Source of the DNA: an uncultured delta proteobacterium
GTDB lineage: Bacteria; Myxococcota_A; Polyangia; Polyangiales; Polyangiaceae
Assembly: GCA_963782055.1 (NCBI GenBank)
Contig: CAWAIF010000003.1
Span: forward strand, 448,001-512,000
Direction: 5' to 3'
Length of the DNA stretch: 64,000 bases
Shown: positions 12,909 through 22,207 of the stretch, in pieces
Layout of the letters: each line of letters begins with the position of its first letter
How positions within the stretch are numbered: position 1 is the first letter of the stretch
Made by a program: the position numbers and the translations under genes
The notes under the pieces: model-generated
Seen by the model: only the letters and a program-made list of their open reading frames with translations
Database searches by the model: none
Told to the model about the DNA's origin: nothing

Positions 12909-13382
12909 ATGGAAGTCGAGGCGCGAGACAACGACCGCAAGGAGCGGGTGCTTCACACCCGGGTGCCGGCGGTGCTGGAGCGGGAGCTGAAGCGCTTCGC
13001 CGAGAACCTGCGGGTGCCGGTCTCCAACCTGGTGCGCACCATCCTGGAGGACGCGGTGGACGTGGCCGACATCGCCGGCGACCGGGTGGAGGAGCGGCTG
13101 CGCCACGCCGCCACCACCCTGGAGAAGGAGCGTGAGCGGCTGCGCCGGCGCGTGAAGGCCGACCCGCTGGCCGACGTGTTCGCCTACCAGGAGGTCACGC
13201 TCGCGCAGGCCTCGGCCTGCGCCAGGTGCGGGGAGGTCTTGCCCGCGGGGTCCCGCGCGCACCTCGGCCTCTGCGACGCCAAGCCCGGCAGCCGCGTCAC
13301 CCCGAAGATCTTCGTCTGCGGCAAATGTCTGCCGCACGACCTGCCGACGCCAGAGAAGGAAGAAGAAGGAGACGAGTCATGA
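12909..13382 (+). CDS. Putative ribbon-helix-helix regulator with a coiled coil and a C-terminal CxxC...CxxC zinc ribbon
   Basis: VLHTRVPAVLERELKRFAENLRVPVSNLVRTILEDA fits the RHH pattern; CARC...CGKC; SD-like GAGGA before ATG 12909. Confidence 0.65.
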   Translation: MEVEARDNDRKERVLHTRVPAVLERELKRFAENLRVPVSNLVRTILEDAVDVADIAGDRVEERLRHAATTLEKERERLRRRVKADPLADVFAYQEVTLAQASACARCGEVLPAGSRAHLGLCDAKPGSRVTPKIFVCGKCLPHDLPTPEKEEEGDES

Positions 13383-13624
13383 GCACGCACGAGACCGCAC
13401 ACCCCGAGGAGAAGAAGACCGCCGCCACCATCGTCGACTCGCTGTTCGACGTGGGCGAGGCCTGGGCTTCCTACGGCCTGAAGGTGGGCCAGCTCGCCCT
13501 CGAGACGAGCGCCCGCACGCTCGGCGGCGTCGCCAGGACGCTCGGCGCCCTCGCCGAGGGCCTGAAGAAGCCAGAAGAAGACGTGCACGTGATCGACGGC
13601 GCCGGCGAGTCGGTGCAGGGCTGA
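13379..13624 (+). CDS. Small amphipathic helical hypothetical protein (81 aa)
   Basis: ATGA overlap with the upstream stop, AAGGAG SD and typical codon usage; begins MSTHETAHPEEKK. Confidence 0.7.
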   Translation: MSTHETAHPEEKKTAATIVDSLFDVGEAWASYGLKVGQLALETSARTLGGVARTLGALAEGLKKPEEDVHVIDGAGESVQG

Positions 13625-14371
13625 TCACCCCTCCACGGACTGGGGCTCGCCTGCGGGCAGCGTCGCGACGAAGGCGTCGCGCGCGGCGCGCACGCGGGCC
13701 TCGTCCAGCCCGTCGAAGGTGAGCTTGGTCTTGTAGGCCGGGTCCCGCCACTTCGGGTACGAGCCGACGTCGACGTCCGGGAAGGCGGCCACCACCCTGT
13801 CCAGCAGGGGCTTGAGGTCGCCTTCTTCCATCCGGGTGTAGACGGCGAGCGAGACGTACCCGCGCCCCGCGCCGATGCGCTCCGCCACGACGGGCAGCTT
13901 CATGCGGAACACCTCCGGGATGCCCGGCAAACACCAGGTGTTCTCCATCCGCACCGTGGGCCAGCGCACCTCCGCGCTCACCTCCAGCGCGGCGCCCCGC
14001 GGGATGAGCGCCATGCGCAGGTGGCCGTCCCCGCAGCGCTCACCGTAGTGCGTGCGGAGCATCCGCTCCAGCTCGGGGTCGGAGACCACCGGCACGTCGT
14101 AGGCCCTGGCCACCGCCTCGATGGTGACGTCGTCGTGGGTGGGACCGACGCCGCCGGAGGTGAACAGCCAGTCGTGAGCCTTCGCCAGCAGGCGGACCTC
14201 CCCGGCGATCACCTCCACCTCGTCCGGCACCACCACCACGCGGGCGAGGCGCACGCCCAGGCGCCGGAGCAGGCGCGCCAGCTCCGCGACGTTCTTCTCC
14301 TCGATCTTGCCGGAGAGGATCTCGTTGCCGATCACCAAGGCCGCGGCGGTCTTCGTGGGCGACGGGGGCAT
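13625..14371 (-). CDS. CinA-like molybdopterin-binding domain protein
   Basis: LVIGNEILSGKIEEKN, VVPDE, TSGGVGPTHDDVT and LPGIPE motifs. Start MPPSPTK at 14371. Confidence 0.88.
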   Translation of the reverse strand: MPPSPTKTAAALVIGNEILSGKIEEKNVAELARLLRRLGVRLARVVVVPDEVEVIAGEVRLLAKAHDWLFTSGGVGPTHDDVTIEAVARAYDVPVVSDPELERMLRTHYGERCGDGHLRMALIPRGAALEVSAEVRWPTVRMENTWCLPGIPEVFRMKLPVVAERIGAGRGYVSLAVYTRMEEGDLKPLLDRVVAAFPDVDVGSYPKWRDPAYKTKLTFDGLDEARVRAARDAFVATLPAGEPQSVEG

Positions 14372-14440
14372 GCCCGCAGCATAGCGCCCCGGGCCGTCGT
14401 CCGCTTTCCGCGCGTAGCGCAGGCCGTGTAAGCTCTCAGG

Positions 14441-14842
14441 GTGACCGCCCGCAAGGTGCTGCTCGTCGAAGACTCGGCCTCGACCCGGGCGTTCGTCCGC
14501 GCCGTGCTGGAGGGGGCCGACCTCGCCGCGCGCTCCGGAGCCTGCGAGGTGACCGAGGCGCGCTCCGGCTTCGAGGCGATGCGGCTGCTCCCCCGCGGGC
14601 CGTACGGCCTCATCGTCACCGACATCAACATGGGGGACATCAACGGGCTGGAGCTCATCAAGTTCGTCCGTCAGAGCGAGCATCACAAGACGACGCCCCT
14701 CATCATCATCTCGACCCAGAACACCGAGCGCGACGTGGAGCGCGGGCTCGCGCTGGGGGCGAACTGCTACGTGCCCAAGCCCTTCACGGCGGAGCAGCTC
14801 ACCGAGGCGTGCGCCGAGTTGCTCGCGGCGGGGGAGACGTGA
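14441..14842 (+). CDS. cheY: Single-domain response regulator CheY
   Basis: VLLVEDS, VTDINM, IIIST and YVPKPF motifs; first gene of the che cluster. Confidence 0.85.
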   Translation: MTARKVLLVEDSASTRAFVRAVLEGADLAARSGACEVTEARSGFEAMRLLPRGPYGLIVTDINMGDINGLELIKFVRQSEHHKTTPLIIISTQNTERDVERGLALGANCYVPKPFTAEQLTEACAELLAAGET

Positions 14843-17010
14843 CGGACGAGGGCGGCGGCGGGCACGGCCGCGGCGACGGCCCGACGGATCGCGCGCGGGA
14901 GGAGTTCTTCTCGGAGGCGCAGGAGCTGGTGGACGGCCTGGGGAGCGACCTCCTCGCCCTGGACGACCTCACCAAGACCGGCGGCAACGACCCCGAGCTG
15001 ATCAACGAGGTCTTCCGCGCCGTGCACACGCTCAAGGGGCTCTCTGGCCTCTTCGGCGCGGCGATGATGACCGGCCTCTCGCACGAGCTGGAGGATCTGC
15101 TCGACGACCTGCGCCTCGGCAAGCTGGAGCTCACCCCGGGCGTCCTGGACGTCATCTTCAAGGCGGTCGAGCTGTACGGTCGCCTGCTCGCGGCCGAGCG
15201 CGGAGACGCGCCGGACCCCTCGGAGGACGTGGAGGCGCTGCTCGTCGCGCTCGGCGCGCTCGCGCACGGCGACGAGGCGGCGGCGAGCCCGGTCGCGCAG
15301 TACGAGCTCGACCCCGGGCTGCTCGGCGTGCTCACCGAGTACGAGGAGCACCGCCTGCGGTCCAACATCCAGGCGGGGACGTCGCTCTTCAAGGTGCGCG
15401 TGCAGTTCCCGCTCGCGACGATCGACACCGCGCTGGACGAGCTGAAGGCCAAGGCGCGCCCCCACGGCGAGATCATCACCTACCTGCCGACGGGCGGCGG
15501 CGGCGACGTCGACTCCATCGAGCTGGAGATCCTGCTCGCCAGCCGCGCGCCGGTGCACGTCCTCCGCGAGGCGCTGCTCGGGCCGAACGTGGTCGTCGAC
15601 GAGGTGGCGCGTCGCGCGCCCTCGCCCGCGCGCTCGCTCACCCCGCCCGCGCGCCACACGAGCGCCCCGCCGCCGATGTTCCCCGCAGAGGCAGGCACGC
15701 AGATCGCCGCGGGGCGCCCCGGCGCGAGGGCCTCGCCGCAGTCGCTGCCCCCGCCCGCGGAGGGCGGCAAGGAGCTCTCGCTCCGCTCGGTGAGCCAGAC
15801 GGTGCGCGTCGACATCCACAAGCTCGACCACCTGATGAACATCGTGGGCGAGCTGGCGATCGTCCGCACCGGCCTGGGGGCGCTGGGCGAGCGGGTGCGC
15901 GCGCGCCCGGAGCTGCGCGAGCTGGGCCAGGAGCTGCACCGCCTGAGCCGCGGGTTCGAGCGGCTCCTCGGGCAGATGCAGAACGGCATCCTCGAGGTGC
16001 GCATGGTCCCGCTGGGCCAGGCGTTCGACAAGCTGGCGCGGGTGGTGAGGCAGCTCTCCCGCGACGCCGACAAGCAGGTCAACCTGGTGGTGACGGGCGC
16101 CGAGACGGAGCTGGACAAGCTCATCGTGGAGGAGCTGAGCGACCCGCTCATGCACATGATCCGCAACGCGATCGACCATGGCATCGAGTCGCGCGACGAG
16201 CGGATGCGCGTGGGCAAGCCGCCCGTGGGCACGGTGGCCCTCAACGCCTTCCAGAAGGGCAATCAGGTCGTCATCGAGGTCGAGGACGACGGGCGCGGCA
16301 TGGACCCGACGCTCCTCGTCGCCACCGCGGTCAAGCGCGGCGTGCTCACGGCGGAGGAGGCGCGCGACCTCTCCCCGCGGGAGCTTCTGGCGCTCGTCTT
16401 CCGCCCGGGGTTCACCACGCGCGAGACCGCGACCGACACCTCCGGGCGCGGCATCGGCATGGACGTCGTCAAGACGAACATCGGCAAGCTCGGCGGCATC
16501 GTCGACATCACGAGCGACGTGGGCATCGGCACCAAGATGACGATCACCCTGCCGATCACCCTCGCCATCATCAGCGCGCTCTTCGTGGAGATCGTCGGGC
16601 ACAAGTACGCCATGCCGCTGGCGAGCGTGGAGGAGGCCATCGTCTTCGACCCGTCCCTGCTGCGCTCCTTCGAGGGGCGCGACGTGATGACGGTGCGTGG
16701 CGCCACGCTCCCCGTGGTCTCGCTCGCACGCCTCTTCGGTCACGGCGGCGCGCGCGCGTCCGCCAACGAGAAGGGCTTCGTCGTCGTCGCGGCCGTGGGA
16801 TCGCGTCGCCTCGGCTTCGTGGTGGAGCGGCTCATCGGGCAGCAGGACATCGTCATCAAGGCGCTGGGGCGGACGCTGTCGCGGGTGCGCGGCTTCGCCG
16901 GCGCGACGGAGCTGGGCGATCAGCGCGTCGCCCTGGTGCTGGACATGGCGGCGCTGGTGGACGAGGTGCTGGCCACCTCCACCGAGGCGCGCGTTGAGGG
17001 CCGGGCCTGA
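14839..17010 (+). CDS. cheA: Chemotaxis histidine kinase CheA (no REC fusion)
   Basis: Hpt FRAVHTLKG; VRVDIHKLDHLMNIVGEL; DPLMHMIRNAIDHG; EDDGRG; GFTT..SGRGIGMDVV; C-terminal CheW domain. GTG start at 14839. Confidence 0.96.
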   Translation: MTDEGGGGHGRGDGPTDRAREEFFSEAQELVDGLGSDLLALDDLTKTGGNDPELINEVFRAVHTLKGLSGLFGAAMMTGLSHELEDLLDDLRLGKLELTPGVLDVIFKAVELYGRLLAAERGDAPDPSEDVEALLVALGALAHGDEAAASPVAQYELDPGLLGVLTEYEEHRLRSNIQAGTSLFKVRVQFPLATIDTALDELKAKARPHGEIITYLPTGGGGDVDSIELEILLASRAPVHVLREALLGPNVVVDEVARRAPSPARSLTPPARHTSAPPPMFPAEAGTQIAAGRPGARASPQSLPPPAEGGKELSLRSVSQTVRVDIHKLDHLMNIVGELAIVRTGLGALGERVRARPELRELGQELHRLSRGFERLLGQMQNGILEVRMVPLGQAFDKLARVVRQLSRDADKQVNLVVTGAETELDKLIVEELSDPLMHMIRNAIDHGIESRDERMRVGKPPVGTVALNAFQKGNQVVIEVEDDGRGMDPTLLVATAVKRGVLTAEEARDLSPRELLALVFRPGFTTRETATDTSGRGIGMDVVKTNIGKLGGIVDITSDVGIGTKMTITLPITLAIISALFVEIVGHKYAMPLASVEEAIVFDPSLLRSFEGRDVMTVRGATLPVVSLARLFGHGGARASANEKGFVVVAAVGSRRLGFVVERLIGQQDIVIKALGRTLSRVRGFAGATELGDQRVALVLDMAALVDEVLATSTEARVEGRA

Positions 17011-17522
17011 TGGCGGCGCTCGTCAAGCGAAGGGCCGAGCCGCTCGGTCGCCGCACCGGAGACGGGAAGAAGCGGACCGAGTACCTGGCCTTCGTCCTGG
17101 CCGGGGACACCTACGCGGTGCGCATCGGCGTGGTGGCCGAGATCCTCAAGCCGCCGCCCATCACCGAGGTGCCTCGCGCGCCCAGCCCCATCGTGGGTGT
17201 CGTCAGCGTCCGCGGCCGGCTGGTGACGGTGCTCGACCTGCGCCGCCGCTTCAACCTGCCGGAGGCCCCCTTCGATCACCGCACGCGCATCCTCCTCGTC
17301 GACGTCGGGGAGAACGAGCTCGCCGGACTCCTCGTCGACGAGGTGCTGCAGGTCTACCGCCTCGCCGAGGACGAGATTGAGCCCGCGCAGGTGCTCGGCG
17401 GCGACCAGCCGGCGCACATCGTCGGCATCGGCCGGCCGCAGGCCCCTGGCGCGCCCGGCGCGCGTCGGGGGGACGGCGTCATCCTCATCCTGCTCGACCT
17501 CCGGTCCACCATCGAGACGTGA
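17010..17522 (+). CDS. cheW: CheW adaptor
   Basis: YLAFVLAGDTYA, ITEVPRAP, GVVSVRGRLVTVLDL and GLLVDEV motifs. Confidence 0.92.
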   Translation: MAALVKRRAEPLGRRTGDGKKRTEYLAFVLAGDTYAVRIGVVAEILKPPPITEVPRAPSPIVGVVSVRGRLVTVLDLRRRFNLPEAPFDHRTRILLVDVGENELAGLLVDEVLQVYRLAEDEIEPAQVLGGDQPAHIVGIGRPQAPGAPGARRGDGVILILLDLRSTIET

Positions 17523-17564
17523 GAGAATGTGAATGAATTCACATCTGTCTCTCCACAGGTCGCG

Positions 17565-17645
17565 GGGGCGGCGCGCGCCGCCCCTCCCCGCCCAGGTCAT
17601 GGGTCGGGGCCTCTCCCCACGCGGGCCCTCCGCCCCGCGTCGGGC
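17565..17645 (-). repeat. Third, inverted copy of the REP-like element
   Basis: The reverse complement GCCCGACGCGGGGCGGAGGGCCCGCGTGGGGAGAGGCCCCGACCCATGACCTGGGCGGGGAGGGGCGGCGCGCGCCGCCCC matches 10909-10990. Confidence 0.85.
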
Positions 17646-17684
17646 TGCCGGACCTGACGGAATGCTTCACAGGCTCTGACATCC

Positions 17685-18167
17685 ATGGAAAGACGCCAGC
17701 GCAAGGACCCGTCCAAGAACCTCGTCGAGTGTGTCATCGGCGAGGTGCGCTACGCGATCCCCATCGCGGTGGTGCGGGAGATCGTCAACCCCCTGCCGCT
17801 GGTGGAGCTGCCCAGCGCGCCCGCGGCGGTGATCGGCGTGGCGGACTACCGCGACGAGGTCGTCCCGGTGCTCGACCTGCGCGCCCGCTTCGGGCTGGAG
17901 GCGGCGCCCCTCACGCGCCGCACCAAGTGGGTGGTGGTGGACCGCGGCTCGCACCTGCTCGCGCTCGTGGTGGACGGCGTGACCGAGGTCTTCCGCAGCG
18001 GCGAGATCCGCGACGCCCCCCCGATCGGCCCGGGCGACGACGTGCGCGGGATCGACGGCGTCACCACCCACGAGGGGGAGATGGTGTTCGTGCTGGACGC
18101 CGCGCGCTTCGACGACGTGGTCGCGCCCCTCGCGCGCGCCGCGCTGGCCCAGGGGGCGCGGACGTGA
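17685..18167 (+). CDS. cheW: Second CheW adaptor
   Basis: YAIPIAVVREI, LPSAPAAVIGVADYRDEVVPVLDLR and ALVVDGV motifs. Confidence 0.9.
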   Translation: MERRQRKDPSKNLVECVIGEVRYAIPIAVVREIVNPLPLVELPSAPAAVIGVADYRDEVVPVLDLRARFGLEAAPLTRRTKWVVVDRGSHLLALVVDGVTEVFRSGEIRDAPPIGPGDDVRGIDGVTTHEGEMVFVLDAARFDDVVAPLARAALAQGART

Positions 18168-20212
18168 GCGACGCGGCCAAGCTCGCACGGCAGCTGGAGA
18201 GCCCCGACCCGGAGACGCGCCGGCTCGCGGTCAAGGACCTGCCGGGCGTGGACGGGGCCCTGGCCGCCGACCTGCTCGTGATCGCGCTCGGCGACGAGGA
18301 CTGGCGCGTGCGCAAGGAGGCGGCGCAGCTCGCGCCGATGCTCGCGCGGCGGGAGGACGCCTTGCGGGCGCTCGGCCGCGCGCTGGACGACAAGACGAAC
18401 GTGGGCCTGCGCAACGCGGCGGTCGAGGCGCTGATCGCCATGGGGCCCGACGCGGTGCCCACCGCCGCCGAGGCGCTGCGGCGGCTGGACGCCGACGGCC
18501 GCAAGCTCGCCGCGGAGGTCCTGGGCGGCGTGCCCGACGTGCGCGGCGCGCGCGCGCTCGCCGCGTGCCTGAAGGACGCCGACCCCAACGTGCGCTACGC
18601 GGCGGCGGAGGCGCTCGGCACCGCCGCGGTGTCCGGCGACGAGGTGCGGCGCGAGGCGATCAAGGGGCTCAGCCACGCGCTCGTGCACGGCGAGCCGGTG
18701 ATGAAGCTCGCGGCGCTGGACGCGCTGCTGCACCTGGACGCGCCGCTGCCCTGGCGCCTGCTCGAGCCGCTCTGCGCCGACCCGATGGTGCGGCGGCGCG
18801 CGATCGGCGCGGCCGCGCGCTGCGCGGAGGACGCCGCCGGCCTGGCGCTCGCGGAGGCCATCTTCGACCCGAGCGCGCCGATCGCGCGCCACGCGCTGGT
18901 GGCGCTCGCCGAGTGGGTCGACGCGGCGTGGTGCGCCGGCCGCCCGCTGGACGCCGTGCGGGCGCGCTTGCAGTCGCACGCCGACGCCGCCGAGCGCGTC
19001 CGCGCGATGGGCCACGCCCAGGGGCCCGCCCTGGTGGCGCTCGCCGCCATCGGGCACCCGGCCGACGCGCCGGCGGTGGTGGAGGCGGCGCTCTCGCCCG
19101 ACCTCGGTCCGAGCGCCGAGCTCGCCCTCGGGATGCTGGGCAGCGCGGCGGTCCCGGCGGTGCTGCAGGCGGCGAAGGGCGCGCCGCCCGAGCGCCGCGC
19201 CGCCCTCTTCGCCCTGCTCACCACGCTCACCGGCGCGCTCACGAGCGAGGCGCTCGACGCGGTGCGTGCCGCGCTCGCGGAGGACCCCGACGTGGCGGCG
19301 TCGGCGGCGCGCACGCTCGGGTCGCTCGGGGACGGGTCGGACCTGGATCGCGTGGCGCCGCTCGTCACGCACCCGGACATCCGCGCCGCGAGCGCCGCGG
19401 TGGCCGCCCTCGCTCGCCTGGCCGAGCGCCACCCGCAGGAGGCGCGCGCGGCCCTCACGCGCTTCGCCGCCGATGACGCGCGGGCCGCCGCCGGGTGCGT
19501 GCTCATCGCGGCGACGCCCCCGCCGGGCCCGCTGGCCGAGCGCGATCTCGCCTTCCTCCGCCGGGCGCTCGCCGCGTCCGACGTGCGCGTGCGCCGCGCG
19601 GCGCTGGAGGCCATCGCCTCGCGTGGCGGTGACGCCGCGCGCGAGCACGTGACGATGGCGCTCGCCGACGAGGAGCGGGAGGTGCGTCTCGCGGCGGTGC
19701 GCGCGCTCGGCCGGCTGGGCCACACCGACGCCCTGGAGACGCTGCTGGGTTCCGCCGCCGACGCCGAGCTCGTCGCCGCGGCGTGCCGCGCACTGGGCGA
19801 CGCCGACCCGGAGCGTTGCGTGCACGTCGTCGCGTCGCTGGTGCGCTCGCCCGACGCCGCCGTCGCCTGCGCCGCGGTGGAGGCCGTGGGTCAGCTCTCG
19901 GTGCCCCGCGCGCGCGACGTGCTCATCGCCGCGCTGGACCACGGCGATCCCGAGGTGGTGCGCCTGGCGCTGAGCGAGATCTCCCGCGTGGGGGACGCGC
20001 GCACCCTCTCGCGGCTGGGCATGTGCCTGGACCACCAGGCGTGGGAGGTGCGCCGGCTCGCCGCCGAGCTGCTCGGCCAGGACGCCTCGAAGGAGGCGCG
20101 GGCGCTGCTGCGGGCGCGCCTGGAGCGGGAGACCGACGCGGTCGTGCGCGAGGCGATCCTCGTCGCGCTCTCCGGCAGTCAGAGCTTCTCCGGGATGCAG
20201 CAGGTGGAGTAG
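18164..20212 (+). CDS. HEAT/PBS-lyase repeat protein within the che operon
   Basis: Repeated units LGDEDWRVRKEAA, DADPNVRYAAAEALG and DEEREVRLAAVRALG; GTG overlaps the cheW stop. Confidence 0.88.
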   Translation: MSDAAKLARQLESPDPETRRLAVKDLPGVDGALAADLLVIALGDEDWRVRKEAAQLAPMLARREDALRALGRALDDKTNVGLRNAAVEALIAMGPDAVPTAAEALRRLDADGRKLAAEVLGGVPDVRGARALAACLKDADPNVRYAAAEALGTAAVSGDEVRREAIKGLSHALVHGEPVMKLAALDALLHLDAPLPWRLLEPLCADPMVRRRAIGAAARCAEDAAGLALAEAIFDPSAPIARHALVALAEWVDAAWCAGRPLDAVRARLQSHADAAERVRAMGHAQGPALVALAAIGHPADAPAVVEAALSPDLGPSAELALGMLGSAAVPAVLQAAKGAPPERRAALFALLTTLTGALTSEALDAVRAALAEDPDVAASAARTLGSLGDGSDLDRVAPLVTHPDIRAASAAVAALARLAERHPQEARAALTRFAADDARAAAGCVLIAATPPPGPLAERDLAFLRRALAASDVRVRRAALEAIASRGGDAAREHVTMALADEEREVRLAAVRALGRLGHTDALETLLGSAADAELVAAACRALGDADPERCVHVVASLVRSPDAAVACAAVEAVGQLSVPRARDVLIAALDHGDPEVVRLALSEISRVGDARTLSRLGMCLDHQAWEVRRLAAELLGQDASKEARALLRARLERETDAVVREAILVALSGSQSFSGMQQVE

Positions 20213-20215
20213 GCC

Positions 20216-21091
20216 TTGTCGCGCTCCACCTACATCGGCGGGGTGGCGATGAAGCCGGACGAGTTCCGCCTGCTCCGCGACCTGCTGGCGGCGCGCACCG
20301 GCCTCTCCTTCGGCGCCGACGCGCGCGGCTCGCTCGAGCGGCGCCTGCGCGAGCGGCTGGCGGTGCTGGGCCTCTCCAGCTTCGCCGAGTATTACCACTA
20401 CCTGCGCTTCAACCCGCGCGCGGCGGTGGAGTGGGACGACGCGGTCGAGCTGCTCACCACCAACGAGACCTACTTCTTCCGCGAGGACTACCAGCTCCGC
20501 GCCTTCGCGACCGAGGTGGTGCCCCTGCTCCACGAGCAGGCGCGGGCGCGCAAGCGGCTCGTCGTGTGGAGCGCGGGGTGCTCCACCGGGGAGGAGGCGT
20601 ACACCATCGCCATCCTGCTCTCGCAGTCGGCGCTCTTCGAAGGCTGGGACGTCAAGGTGTTCGGCTCGGACATCTCCAAGCGTTGCATCGCGGTGGCGCG
20701 TCGTGGCGTCTACGGCCCGGCGAGCTTCCGCAGCACCTCCCCCGAGCTCAAGCGCGCGTACTTCCTGGAGCGACCGGAGGGCCACGCGGTGGTGGAGCGG
20801 ATCCGCGGCATGTGCCATTTCGGTTGCATGAACCTGCTGGACGAGGACAAGCCGCGTCTGCTGGGCCGCGCCGACGCCATCTTCTGCCGCAACGTGCTCA
20901 TCTACTTCGACCAGCACGGCCGCCGCCGTGTCATCGACATGTTCCACGAGCGGCTCCACGCCGGCGGCGTGCTGCTGCTGGGCCACTCCGAGTCTCTCTT
21001 GAATGTCACGACGGCGTTCGAGCTGTTACACTTGCGCGAAGACCTCGTGTACAGAAAGCCCCTGGCCGCTCCCGGAAGGCCCAACGAGTGA
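20216..21091 (+). CDS. cheR: Chemotaxis methyltransferase CheR
   Basis: TTNETYFFRE, WSAGCSTGEEAYT, GSDIS, IFCRNVLIYFD and LGHSES motifs. The start could be ATG 20249. Confidence 0.95.
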   Translation: MSRSTYIGGVAMKPDEFRLLRDLLAARTGLSFGADARGSLERRLRERLAVLGLSSFAEYYHYLRFNPRAAVEWDDAVELLTTNETYFFREDYQLRAFATEVVPLLHEQARARKRLVVWSAGCSTGEEAYTIAILLSQSALFEGWDVKVFGSDISKRCIAVARRGVYGPASFRSTSPELKRAYFLERPEGHAVVERIRGMCHFGCMNLLDEDKPRLLGRADAIFCRNVLIYFDQHGRRRVIDMFHERLHAGGVLLLGHSESLLNVTTAFELLHLREDLVYRKPLAAPGRPNE

Positions 21092-22164
21092 CCGCGACGA
21101 CGAGCAAGCTCCGCGTCCTCATCGTCGACGATTCGGCCTACAACCGCCGGAACATCGCCGAGATCTTCGCGGGGCAAGAGGGCGTGGAGGTCGTCGGCAA
21201 GGCGGCCGACGGCGAGGAGGCGCTGCGCCTGGCGACGCTGCTGCGGCCGGACGTCATCACGCTGGACCTGGAGATGCCGCGCATGGACGGCTTCACCTTC
21301 CTGCGCATCCTGATGGCCAAGCAGCCCACGCCGGTCATCGTCGTCTCCTCCTACGCGCAGAAGGAGAACGTCTTCAAGGCGCTGGAGCTGGGCGCGCTGG
21401 ACTTCGTCACCAAGCCGGACAGGCAGATCGCCCCCGACGCGGAGGGCGTCCGCGAGCAGATCCTGACCAAGGTGAAGCAGCTCCGGGTGGTGCGCCCTCA
21501 CGTGACGCGCGTGATGCCGCGCCGCATCCCCAGCGGCATCTTCGCCGACAGCCCGCCGCTCGCGCCACCGGTCTCGCCGCGGCCGCCGGGCGAGGTGGCG
21601 CCGCGCTTCCTCGTGGCGATCGCCAGCTCGACGGGCGGGCCCAGCGCGTTGCTGGACATATTCAGCCGCGTTCCCTCGAGCACGCCCGCCACCTTCGTCG
21701 TCGCCCAGCACATGCCGGACAAGTTCACGCGGACCTTCGCCGAGCGGCTCGCCAAGCGCGGCGTGGTGCGCGTCTCGGAGGCGCAGGAGGGCGACAGGCT
21801 CTGGGCGCGCACCGGCTTCGTGTGCCCAGGCCGGCAGTGCATGGAGGTGGTCCAGGACGAGGTCAGCATGCGCCTGCGCCTCCTGCCCGCCTCGAGCGCG
21901 GACAAGTACGTCCCGAGCGCGGACCGGTTGCTGCGCTCCGCCGCCATCGCCGGCTCGCGCGCCGTCGGCGTCATCCTCACGGGCATGGGCGACGATGGCG
22001 TCGAGGGTGCCCGCGCCATCCGCGAGGCGGGCGGCACCGTGGTCGTCGAGTCGGCGGAGACGGCGGTCGTCTACGGCATGCCCGGCGCGGCCGTCCGCGC
22101 GGGTGTGGCCTCCCGGGAGATGCCGCTGGGGCAGATAGGCGAGTACCTGGCGCAGCTGGGGTGA
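21088..22164 (+). CDS. cheB: Chemotaxis methylesterase CheB (REC plus esterase)
   Basis: VLIVDDS and TLDLEMPRMDG; catalytic ASSTGGP, QHMP and LTGMGDDG intact. Confidence 0.95.
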   Translation: MTATTSKLRVLIVDDSAYNRRNIAEIFAGQEGVEVVGKAADGEEALRLATLLRPDVITLDLEMPRMDGFTFLRILMAKQPTPVIVVSSYAQKENVFKALELGALDFVTKPDRQIAPDAEGVREQILTKVKQLRVVRPHVTRVMPRRIPSGIFADSPPLAPPVSPRPPGEVAPRFLVAIASSTGGPSALLDIFSRVPSSTPATFVVAQHMPDKFTRTFAERLAKRGVVRVSEAQEGDRLWARTGFVCPGRQCMEVVQDEVSMRLRLLPASSADKYVPSADRLLRSAAIAGSRAVGVILTGMGDDGVEGARAIREAGGTVVVESAETAVVYGMPGAAVRAGVASREMPLGQIGEYLAQLG

Positions 22165-22207
22165 CGACAGAAGCGGGGCGCGTGCGATTGCGCTATCGTT
22201 CGGCGCG

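Noticed and set aside
17846..20986. Very long antisense or alternate-frame ORFs (e.g. 17846-20986 -, 44883-48776 +, 38452-40329 +, 59368-61338 +)
   Set aside because: Shadow ORFs expected at this GC content; they overlap motif-supported genes and carry no recognisable motifs.
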